From Pristiophorus japonicus (lineage: Eukaryota): 64,000 nt of DNA. The stretch covers positions 41,354,001 to 41,418,000 of the forward strand of contig NC_091986.1 in the NCBI RefSeq assembly GCF_044704955.1, in the 5' to 3' direction. The position numbers and the translations under genes were made by a program. Shown here one piece after another: positions 11,801 to 22,649 of this stretch (positions within the stretch are counted from its first letter, which is position 1; each line of letters starts with the position of its first letter). Under the pieces are notes generated by a model, which saw only the letters and a program-made list of their open reading frames with translations, did no database searches and was not told where the DNA came from.

Positions 11801-13450
11801 TTTACTCACCTCCCTACTGAATCTATTCTCAGGTTCCCATCCCCCTGCCAAGCTAGTTTAAAAGTTTAAACCCTCCCCAACAGCACTAGCAACGCCCCCG
11901 GCCCCCGCCCCCCAACAACGGGGATATTGATTCCGGCTTTGTTGAGGTGCAAACCCGTCCGGCTTGTACAGGTCCCACCTCCCCCAGAAGCAGTCCCAAT
12001 GCCTCAAGAATCTAAAGCCCTCCCTCCTGCACCATCTCTGCAGCCATGCGTTCATCTGCTCTATCCTCCTATTTCTGTACTCACCGGGAGTAATCCGGAG
12101 ATTACTACCTTTGAGGTCCTGCTTTTTAATCTCTCTCCTATTCCTTGTCATGTATCTCACACTACTGTATATAACTGTATCTTACCATGCTATACATGAC
12201 TATAACTAGAGATGACCTGTTACCACTAGCTTACCTTACCACCAGGATGCACTTGCAGGAGACACTGGATACCTGTCCCAGACAGGTATATAAGGACAGA
12301 TCTCAGGCAAGTGTGGCAGTCGAGAGCTGTGTAATAAAAGTGCAGGTCCTGAGTGACCTTGACTTCAGCATGTGCCTTGTGTGAGTTTATACTGCAGGGG
12401 CAGGATTTACATTGCTAAACTTTGCCTGAAGACTTCATCACTCTTTCTACCTATGTCATTGGTCCCAATATGGACCATGACCTCTGGCTGTTCACCCTCT
12501 CTCCCCAGAATGCCCTGCAGCTGCTCAGTGACATCCTTGACCCTGGTACAGGGAGGCAACATACCATCCTGGTGTCACATCTGTGGCCGCAGAAATGCCT
12601 GTCTGCTCCCCTGACTATTGAATCCCCTACCATTAAAGTTCTTCCATTCTACTTCCTCCCCCACTTGTGCAGCTAAGCCACCTGTGGTGCTGGCTGCACT
12701 CCCCAGAGGCACCATCGTCCCCACCGGTACTCAGAAGAGGATACCGGTTGGAGAGCGAGGAGGACTCAGGGAACTCCTGCACTACCTGCCTAGTGCTTAT
12801 CTTCTGTCTGCTTGTCACCCACTCCCTCTCTGCACTCTTAAGCTGCGGGGTAGCTATCTCCAGAAACGTGCTATCCACATAGCTCTCAGTCTCGCGGATG
12901 CACCGCAGTGACTCCAGCTGCTGCTCAAGCTCCAAAACGCGGAGCTCGAGTTGGTGCAGCTGGAGACACCTCCTGCACACATAGTTGTCCAGGTTGCTCA
13001 AAGCATCCAGGATTTCCCACATGCCACAGGATGTGCAATCCATGGGACTGAGCTGCCCTGCCATCCCTCTAGTTAGACTCGGAACTATCAAGCAGAAATA
13101 AACTCTAAACCTCAGCAAAACACACCCAGTCGCCAATCAGGAAACAGTTGATTTAATTAATTCGTTTTTTTAAGATAATAAGTAGCACTTATCTATTTAA
13201 TTGTAGCTCCTAACTTACACCAATGCCCAAGGTTTAAAAAAAAGAAAGAGAAATACTCACTAATCAACCGGCCAATTTCTTACCTGCTTGGCTGTGACAT
13301 CACACTTCGATTTTGATTCTTTTTATTTTTTGTCTCTTACTCTTGTCGCTGATGCAGCTAGTTCCTCCCAATCTGCGGCTCTCCCGCTGTGTGCCGCCTT
13401 TCCAAACCTCGCGCCCAGTCAGGTCTCGCGATGCTTGCTCCTCCCGATCT
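8875..13450 (-). mobile_element. Near full-length degraded CR1 LINE (ORF1 esterase and ORF2 APE-RT)
   Basis: ORF1 remnants (CTSCGMW..CRRCLQL, VGDSIVR) at 13136-11860. ORF2 remnants (YFNARS, ITETWL, SDHN, KAFDKVPH, FADDTK) at 11793-8939, with many stops and frameshifts. Confidence 0.92.
12146..12411 (+). mobile_element. Solo LTR of the Gypsy family at 35773-40478, inserted in CR1 ORF1
   Basis: TGTCATG...TTTACA termini with TATATAA and AATAAA. It is the reverse complement of the LTR at 40211-40478. TSD TTCCT/TTGCT (one mismatch). Confidence 0.9.
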
Positions 13451-13630
13451 GCCCGATTTATGATTTATTCCTGGGGCCAAAATCCTAAACTCCAATAACA
13501 ATAAAGGCGTATTTATAGAGCGCCTTTAATGTAATTCACAGGAACATTAATAAACAACATTTGAAACCGAACCACATAAAGAGATATTGGGACAGATGAC
13601 TAAAAGCTTGGTCAAAGAGGTAGGTTTAAT

Positions 13631-15385
13631 TTAGGGTGAATTTATAATGGGAAACAAAGAAATGGCAGACCAATTGAACAAATAACCTTCCGGAAATACT
13701 AGGGTCTAGCGAAAAGGAGGAACTGAAGGAAATCCTTAGTAGTCAGGAAATTGTGTTAGGGAAATTGATGGGATTGAAGGCCAATAAATACCCAGGGCCT
13801 GATAGGCTGCATCCCAGAGTACTTAAGGAAGTGGACCTAGAAATAGGGGATGCATTGGTGATCATTTTCTAACATTCTATTGACTCTGGATCAGTTCCTA
13901 TGGATTGGAGGGTAGCTAATGTAACCCCACTTTTTAAAAAAGGAGGGAGAGAGAAAACGGGGAATTATAAACCGGTTAGCCTGACGTCGGTGGTGGGGAA
14001 AATGTTGGAATCAATTATTAAAGATGAAATAGCAGCGCATTTAGAAAGCAGTGACAGGATCGGTCCAAGTCAGCATGGATTTATGAAAGGGAAGTCATGC
14101 TTGACAAATCTTCTAGAATTTTTTGAGGATGTAACTAGTAGAGTGGACAAGGGAGAACCAGTGGATGTGATGTATTTGGACTTTCAAAGGGCTTTTGACA
14201 AGGTCCCACACAAGAGATTAGTGTGCAAAATTAAAGCACATGGTATTGGGGGTAATGTATTGACGTGGATAGAGAACTGGTTGACAGACAGGAATCAGAG
14301 AGTCGGAATAAACGGGTCCTTTTCAGAATGGCAGGCAGTGACTGGATCAACAGTGCTGCAGGCTTCAGTGCTGGGACCCCAGCTATTTACAATATACATT
14401 AATGATTTAGATGAGGGAATTGAATGTAATATGTCCAAGTTTGCAGATGACACTGAGCTGGGTGGCGGTGTGAGCTGTGAGGAGGATGCTAACAGACTGC
14501 GGGGTGACTTGGACAAGTTCGGTGAGTGGGCAAATGCATGGCAGATGCAATATAATGTGGATAAATGTGAAGTTATCCATTTTGGTGGCAAAAACAGGAA
14601 GACAGAATATTATCTGAATGGTGACAGATTAGGAAAAGGGGAGGTGCAACGAGACCTGGGTGTCATGGTACATCAGTCATTAAAGTTTGGCATGTAGGTA
14701 CAGCAGGCGGTGAAGAAGGCAAATGGCATGTTGGCCTTCATAGCTAGAGGATTTGAATATAGGAGCAGAGAGGTTTTACTGCAGTTGTACAGAGCCTTGG
14801 TGAGGCCACACCTGGAATATTGTGTTCGGTTTTGGTTCCCATTAATCTGAGGAAGGACGTTCTTGCTATTGAGGGAGTACAGCGAAGGTTCACCAGATTG
14901 ATTCCTGGGATGGCAGGACTGACATATGAGGAGAGACTGGATCAACTGGGCTTGTATCCACTGGAGTTTAGAAGAATGAGAGGGGATCTCATAGAAACAT
15001 ATAAAATTCTGACGGGATTGGTCAGGTTAGAGGCAGGAAGAATGTTCCCGTTGCTAGGGAGTTCCAGAACCAGGGGTCATAGTCTAAGAATAAGGGGTAA
15101 GCTATTTAGGACCGAGATGAGGAGAAAGTTTTTCACTCAGACCGTGGTTAACCTGTGGAATTCTCTACCACAGAAAGTTGTTGAGGTCAGTTTGTTAGAT
15201 ATATTCAAAAGGGAGTTAGATATGGCCCTTACAGCCAAAGGGATCAAGGGGTATGGAGAGAAAGAAGGAAAGGGGTACTGAGGTTGAATGATCAGCCATG
15301 ATCTTATTGAATGGCGCAGTGCAGGCTTGAAGGGCCGAATGGCCTGTTCCTGCACCTAATTTCTTTGTTTCTATGTTTCTATGTT
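13631..15385 (+). mobile_element. 5'-truncated CR1 LINE (RT region), degraded
   Basis: ORFs 13900-14697 and 14820-15281 (PLFKKG, QHGF, YLDF..AFDKVPH, FADD) and a (TTCTATG)n tail. Confidence 0.92.
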
Positions 15386-15419
15386 AAGGAGCGTCCTAAA
15401 GGAGGAGAGAGGTAGAGAG

Positions 15420-15579
15420 CAATGTACCCGTTAAGCCGTGCGGCCACACAGTTCTGGAGGTCCCGCGCAGGCCACTCGGCGACTTTTAAGAGGAAAAAAC
15501 GCGCATGCATGGAAATTTGAATGGTCCACACAGCCCGTTAACAGGGCCTCGCACCCAAATAAAATTAGCAGGAACATTG
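15420..15579. mobile_element. Short MITE, probably hAT-like
   Basis: Imperfect TIRs CAATGTACC / GGAACATTG. It interrupts the L2. A related copy lies at 53888-54016. Confidence 0.6.
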
Positions 15580-16789
15580 AGAGAGAGGTTTAGGGAGGGA
15601 ATTCCAGAGCTGAGGTCCTTGGCAGCTGAAGGCATGGCCGCCAATGGTGGAGCGATTGAAATCAGGGATGCTCAAGAGGCCAGAATTAGAGGACGCAGAG
15701 ATCGCAGAGGGTTGTGAGGCTGGAGAAGGTTACAGAGATAGGGAGGGGCGAGGACATGGCGGGATTTGAAAACTCCCAAACTGAGACCTATCAAACTTTG
15801 GTGTATTGTTGCAAAAGAAAGTTTTAACAAAGTATCTAAAATTAATAGAACATCAAAAGGCTGCAAGAGGCAAATTAATGGGCTACTCTGAAAACTGAAT
15901 TCAACAACAAAAAATTGTTTGATGCATAGCCAAAGAGAAATCATTGTCCCAGAGAGAACTGAGGGTGGCCCATCTATTCCACTCCATCAACAATGATCTG
16001 ACTCCATGATTCAGGTAAGGTTTCTTTATTAACTCCACCAATAATACTTCACATCTTGCAGAGACAGCCAAAGCTAGCAAACTTTATTGTGTTGCATGCA
16101 TTGCAATAACATAGAGTGCCATTCCTTTACAGCATATGTAGATCTCATTAGTCCTGAATCACCTGCTTTTTAAAACATAAGTGTGGAATATTGCTTGATG
16201 GTTTAAATGTCTACAAAGTTGTTTTGTTTCTTGTTTTAGTTTTTATATCGTTCTTCAGTTTATATATAATCTGTGAATAATGCAAAGCCTTGTTCTTAAA
16301 GTTCCACAGATGACCCATTCTTGCAGACAGTCTGCAAAGACATCAACATAATTTGATTGGGGATGTGTAGGCACAGCAGTAGACTAAGTGGGTATGTAGG
16401 CATAGCAGCAGACTTTAAGCGGTTATTAATACATGGTATTATACTTTAACAAGCTGATAGCATTCCTCTGGGTGTTAAAGCCAGACTTGAAGATGGTGGC
16501 ATTTTCTAAACATGACTGGATGCATATAGGATGCTTGTGACGCATTCTAATGGGCACAGGTGGCACATATGGAAACCATATGGTTAAAAATGCTAGCAAA
16601 CTTGCATAAGTTATCGCTATGCTCATTTAACAGTTTCGAGTGCCCACTGTTTGAATTAAATATTTGAAAATGGACCATAAATGCTCAAGTTAGATAGTTA
16701 AAAGATATCACAGTGTACAACAGTAATGCAAATGATGGCTTGTCCAAATTGTTGTTTTTTAATTAACTAGCAAAAACCATTCCCCCACT

Positions 16790-17080
16790 GGCTTAATAGG
16801 TATTTTTGTTAGGCAAGGGTACTAAGGGTTATGAAACCAAGACGGGTAGATGGAGTTAAGATACAGATCAGCCGTGATCTCATGGAATGGCGGCACAGGT
16901 TGAGAGGCTGAATGGGCTCCTCCTGTTCCTAAGTTAAAGTATTACATAAGATCATAATTAGCTGCAGGAGTAGGTCATTCGGCCCCTCGAGCCTGCTCCA
17001 CCATTCAATTAAATTATGGCTGATCTTTGACCTCAACTCCACTTTCCTGCACTATCCCCATATCCCTTGATTCCTTTAAT
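16790..17080. mobile_element. Two tail-to-tail CR1 3' UTR fragments
   Basis: Plus-strand tail at 16790-16935 and minus-strand tail at 16943-17080. Confidence 0.7.
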
Positions 17081-17084
17081 AACA

Positions 17085-17364
17085 TGCTGGACTGAGCCAT
17101 ACAGCTCAGTAAGGTTCCAGGTTTGATCCTAGCTCTGTCCTAGCGCTGTATCTCAGTCAAAGCAATATTTGGAGTGCTATAACTGGCTTTAGTGTCCCTA
17201 GGTAAGGACGGCGGGGAAATTGGACATGGTGCCTCGCTCCTGATTCTTATCCAGTGACTTGTGCTATAAAGTCTTCCTGTGTAAAACTTTAAGTGAGGAA
17301 AGGATCGAGATTGTCTGCAGCACTCAGAGGTTGACGCATTAAGAATGGTTACTTGGGTGTGAGG
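17085..17364 (+). mobile_element. Possible old tRNA-derived SINE remnant
   Basis: B-box-like GGTTTGATCC near 17120 in otherwise degenerate sequence. Confidence 0.35.
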
Positions 17365-19576
17365 TCATCATCATAGGCAGTCCCTCGGAGTCGAGGAAGA
17401 CTTGCTTCCACTCTAAAAGTGAGTTCTCAGGTAATTGAGGAATCCAATGTGGGACCTACAGTCTCTGTCACAGGTGGGGCAGACAGTGGTTGAAGGAAAG
17501 GTTGGGTGGAGAGTCTGGGTTGATACACGCTCCTTCCGCTGTCCACGCTTGGTTTCTGCTTTTTCTCGGCGATGGGACTCAAGGTGCTCAGCGCCCTCCC
17601 TGATGTTCTTCCTCCACTTTGGGCGGTCGTGGGCCAGGGATTCCTAGGAGTTGGTGGGGGGTGGGAATGTTGCACTTTGTCAAGGAGGCTTTAAGGGTGT
17701 CCTTGAAGCGTTTCCTCTGCCCATCTGGGGCTCACCTGCTGTGTCGAAGCTCCGCATAGAGTTTTTGTTTTGGGAGTCTCGTGTCAGGCATGCGGACGAT
17801 GTGGCCCTCCCAACGGAGCGGATCAAGTGTGGTCAATGCTTCGATGCTGGGGATGTTGGCCTGAGGGAGATCACTGACGTTGGTGCATCTGTCCTGCCAA
17901 TGGATTTGCAGGATCTTGCAGAGGCAGCACTGGTGGTACTTCTCCAGTGTTTTGAGGTGTCTGCTGTATATAGTCATGTCTCTGAGCCATATAGGAGGGC
18001 AGATATCACTACTGCCCTGTAGACCATGAGTTTGGTGCCGGATTTGAGGTCCTGGTCTTCAAACACTCTCTTCCTCAGGCAACCGAAGGCTGCGCTGGTG
18101 CACTGAAGGCAGTGTTGGACCTTGTTGTCAATGTTTGCCCTTGCTGACAGTAGGCTCCTGAGGTATGGAAAATGGTCCATGTTGTCCAAGGCCTCGTCGT
18201 GGATTTTGATATTCGGGGGTCAGTGTTGTGTGGTGGGATCAGGTTGGTAGAGGACCTTTGTCTACGTTTAGCGTAAGGCCCATGCTTCCGTACGCCTCGG
18301 TGAAGGTGTTGACGATGGCTTGGAGTTTGGCCTCAGAGTGTGCGCGGATGCAAGCATCGTCTGCGTACTGTCGTTCAATGACAGAGGATGGGACGAACTT
18401 GGAGGCAGCGGAGGTTGAACAGATTCCCATCTGTTCTATAATTTAGCTCCACTCCGGCGGGGAGCCAGCTAAGGGTCAGATGTAGCATTGCAGCAAGGAA
18501 GATTGAAAAGAGCGTTGGTGCGATGATGCAGCCTTGCTTGACCTCAGTCCGGATGTGGATTGGGTCTGTGGTGGATCGATTGGTCAGGATCACGGCTTGC
18601 ATATCAGCGTGGAGCAGACGGAGGATGGTGACAAACTTTTGGGGACAGCCAAAACGGAGGAGGACACTCCATAATCCCTCATGGTTGACAGTGTCAAAGG
18701 CCTTTGTGAGGTCAAAGAAGGCCATGTACAAGGGTTGGTGCTGTTCACTGCATTTCTCTTGTAGTTGTCGCGCGGTGAAGATCATGACTGTTGCACCCCT
18801 TAGTGGACGGTATCTGCATTGTGACTCTGGGAGGAGCTCTTCAGCCATAGGGAGAAGACGATTGAGGAGGATTCTTGCAATGATTTTCCCTGTGGTCGAC
18901 AACAGGGAGATTCCTCTGTAGTTACCGCAGTCGGACTTGTCCCCTTTTTTGAAGGTGGTTACGATTATGGCATCCCTGAGATCTCCTGGCATGCTCTTCT
19001 CCTTCCAAATAAAGAGAAATGAGGTCATGTATTCGTGCCAAAAGTGCTTCTCCACCATGCTTTAGTGCTTCGGCGGAATTTCATTTGCTCCTGTTGCCTT
19101 GTTATTCTTCAGCTGATGGATGGCCTTTTCTACCTCGTGCCGGGCTGGGATGGTGGCAGGTAGCATGCTGCGGGATGGAGTTGAGGGCACTCGCGTCTTA
19201 GACAGAGTCTCGATTAAGGAGATCTTCGAAATGCTCCTTCCAACGGGCACTGACTGCCTCTGTCCTTGATGAGTACCTCACCGTTCTTGGCCAGCAGTGG
19301 GGTAGGGCCTTGGGTGCTTGGGCCATAGTGGTCTTGACTGCGCTGAAGAATCCACGCACGTCATGGTTGTCGGCTAACTGCGGAATCACCTGTGCTTTCT
19401 CCACCCACCATCTGTTTTTCAGGTCACTGTTTTTTTTGTTGGACCTCGCCCTTCAGCCGTCTGTAGAGCTACTTTCTTGTTCTCAAGTTGTGTTGCTGTT
19501 TTAAGTTTCAGAAATGCCTTGCACTTGTGGCTAACTAGCTCCTGGATCTCCTGGACGTTCTCGTCGAACCAGTCTT
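17365..19576 (-). mobile_element. RTE-clade (BovB-like) LINE, 5'-truncated and degraded
   Basis: Motifs KKGDKSDCGNYRGISLLS, AFFDLTKAFDTV, QYADD, LLYGSET and RLPKQ. (CAT)n tail at 17365. Confidence 0.92.
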
Positions 19577-19691
19577 GGTGTGAGGTAACGGAGGGTTGGT
19601 GCCATCTATTAGAACTACATCCCAGCCTTCAGGAGAGGAAAGGGGGGAGAGGGCAGAATAGTTCAAATTCAAAAAGAGATATGAATTAATG

Positions 19692-20043
19692 CAGAACCTA
19701 GGAACAGGAGGAGGCCATTCAGCCCATCGTGCCTGTCCCGCCATTCAATTAGATCACGGCTGATCTGTATCTTAACTCCATCTACCTGCCTTGGTTTCAT
19801 AACCCTTAATACCCTTGCCTAACAAAGATCGTATCAATCTCAGTTTTGAAATGTTCAATTGACCCCCAGCCTCACCAGCTTTTTGGTGGAGAAGTTCCAG
19901 ATTTCCACTACTCTTTGTGTGAAGAAGTGCTTCCTGACATCACCCCTGAACGGCCTGGCTCTAATTTTAAGGTTCTGCCCCCTTGTTCTGGACTCTCCCA
20001 CCAGAGGAAATAGTTTCTCTCCTATCTACCCTATGCACTCCTT
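19692..20043 (-). mobile_element. CR1 3' fragment, left half (continues at 49142-49225)
   Basis: Ends CTATCTACCCTATGCACTCCTT. The expected continuation CTTTAATCATCTTAAACACC..AGATCACCCCTT appears at 49142. Confidence 0.8.
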
Positions 20044-22101
20044 GGGGCCAAAATTCAGTGCCGACAGAAAGCTGGCGGTGTTACCGTCCTTTTCCCGCGG
20101 TTAGCGCCGCTATGGTTGCGGCAGCCAATGGATCCATATTCAACTTTTCTCCCCCAAAAAAGTCCTCCTGCGCTAATTGCCCTTCAAAACTGATAGTTTG
20201 CAGTGGTGTGGATGGGTTAATTGTGGCAGTATTCCCACAGGGAAATTCACCCTTAGGGTGATTTGTAGCCAACGAGCCAGCTGCTCCCTGGCCTTCTTAA
20301 AGGCTCGGGTTTTCAACTAGACCTTGAGGAGGAAAGGAGTTGTGTGCAAGGCTAGCTGGTGCTACTGTGGGAAGGAGGGCAACGCGATTTTCCGATGCTG
20401 AGCTGGAGTCCCTGATGCACGGGGTCGAGGGAAGGAGACGAGTCCTGTATCCAGATGCAGGGAGACCAACTCGCCAAGTCTTTAGTAATGCCTGGAGGGA
20501 GATCGCTGTAGAGGTGTCGGGTACCTCCTGTTATGTATGCAACCCTATGTAACCAGCATTCTACCGCCACCAGAGGGTGTACCTGTTGGAGTCCCAAGGG
20601 ATCCCAGCATCCCTTGGGAACACTGTATATAAGCAGGCCTCCAATGCTGTACCAGCACTCTGGAGTTAGAATAAAGAGACTAAGGTCACACTTACTCACG
20701 TCTACTGTACTCAATCACATTGCTTTATTCTGGACATAACAACTGGCGACGAGATAACGAATCATCACGCGAAAATGCAGAGAACTGTTGGTATCCTGGA
20801 GAAATTCTCAGAAGGGGACGATTGGGAGGCCTTCGTGGAGCGACTCGACCAATACTTACTTCATGGCCAACGAGCTGGAAGGGAGTGTGAACGCTGCCAA
20901 ACAAAGGGCGATCCTCCTCACTGTCTGCGGGGCAACAAACTATGGCCTCATGAAGAATCTTCTTGCTCCAGTGAAACCAACAACCAAATCGTATGAAGAA
21001 CTGTGTACACTGGTCCGGGAGCACCTAAATCCGAAGGAGAGTGTTCTGATGGCAAGGTATCGATTTTACACATGTCAACGGTCTGAAGGCCAGGAAGTGG
21101 CGAGCTACGTCGCCGAACTAAGGCGCCTTGCAGGACATTGCGAATTTGATGGATTCCTGGAGCAAATGCTAAGAGACTTTTTTGTGCTTAACATTGGCCA
21201 TGAGGTTATCCTTCGCAGACTGTTGAAACACCGAACCTGAGCAAAGCCATAACGATAGCCCAGGCATTTATGTCCACCAGCGATAACACCAAACAGATTT
21301 CGCAGCAGAAAGATGTTTTGGCAAGTATTGTACACAAAGTAACGTCGTTTTCAGGCAGGAATGCATATGACAGAACGTACATGCTTGCAGCTGCATGACC
21401 TCAGATGACCCAGAGTCCACCATCAAGCGTTAATGCGAGGCAGTCAACACCTTGTTGGTGCTGCGGAGGTGATCATCGAGCCCATCAATACCACTTCAAA
21501 CACTATGCGTGCAAAGGCTGTGGAACAATGGGACACCTCCAGCGAATGTGCAGACGAGCTACAAACCTAGCAAACTACCACATTGCAGAGGAAGACCGAT
21601 CCATGGCAGATCAAACTGAACTAGAGACTCGAACTGAGGAGGCAGAAGTGTACGGGGTACCACGAAATGTCCACCGATCATGTTAAAAGTTGAACTGAAC
21701 GGAATTCCAGTATCCATGGAATTGGACACGGGTGCGAGTCAGTCCATCATGAGCAAAAAGGCCTTTGACAGGCTGTGGTGCAACACGGCACACAGGCCCA
21801 AGCTGAGCCCCATTTACACCAAGCTGAGAACTTACACTAAAGAGCTGAACCCTGTAATTAGCAGCGCAGCAGTAAAAGTCTTCTATGATGGAGCAGTGCA
21901 TGAACTACTACTATGGATAGTACCAGAAGGTGGCCCCACACTGTTCGGCAGAAGCTGTCTGGGAAAAATCTGCTGGAACTGGGACGACATCCGAGTTCTT
22001 TTGTCCGTCGACGATGCCTCATGTGCCCAGGTTCTGAGCAAGTTTCCGTCATTTGAGCCAGGCATCGGAAGTTTCTCGGGGGCGAAGGTGCCGATCCACT
22101 T

Positions 22102-22649
22102 TGTAAAGTCCTCACCGGTTTGAGGTGCTCACCAATTAGTTTGCTGAGCTCTTCAAAGGTTTTGTCCGCCGGCTTTTCGGGTGTTAGTAGGATCTTCATG
22201 AGCGCGTAAGTCTTAGGTCCACAGCTGGTCAGCAGATTTGGACCTTCGTTTGTCAGCCACTGCATCTCCCAGCCATTCTTTCATGACAAAGCTTTGCTGG
22301 AGCCTCTCAATGAAATCGTCCCAGTCCTCACCAACACAGTACCGTTCCTCTGTGCTACCGGTGGCCATTCTCGTGGGTCGTTGATTCCCGTTTCTCGTCG
22401 AAAATGTAAAGTCCTTATTCAATGGAACAAAACCCACACGAGGCACATTCTATGGACAAGGTCACTCTATGACCTGAACCTTTATTCACAGGACCAAGAA
22501 GTGATGACCCTGCGTGGGACCTCCCTTTATATACCTGGATGACCAGGTAAGGAGTGTCTCCCACAAGTTCACCCCCTGTGGTCAAGGTGTGCATTGCTTA
22601 AGTATATACAGTATTGCAGTGGTGTTACATAGAGGTTACATACATGACA
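22102..22649 (-). mobile_element. Internally deleted Gypsy mini-element B
   Basis: TSD CACTT. Complete 5' LTR at 22405-22649, a PBS remnant and the gag N-terminus (MATGSTEERY..DFIERLQQSF), then only about 11 bp (TGTAAAGTCCT) of the 3' LTR end. Confidence 0.85.

Larger units (their letters stand above)
13494..15775 (-). mobile_element. L2 3' fragment split by a CR1 and a MITE
   Basis: The L2 tail at 13494-13630 resumes at 15385 (TTAAGGAGCGTC) and again at 15580-15775 (LAPPYLCNLLQP). Confidence 0.75.
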
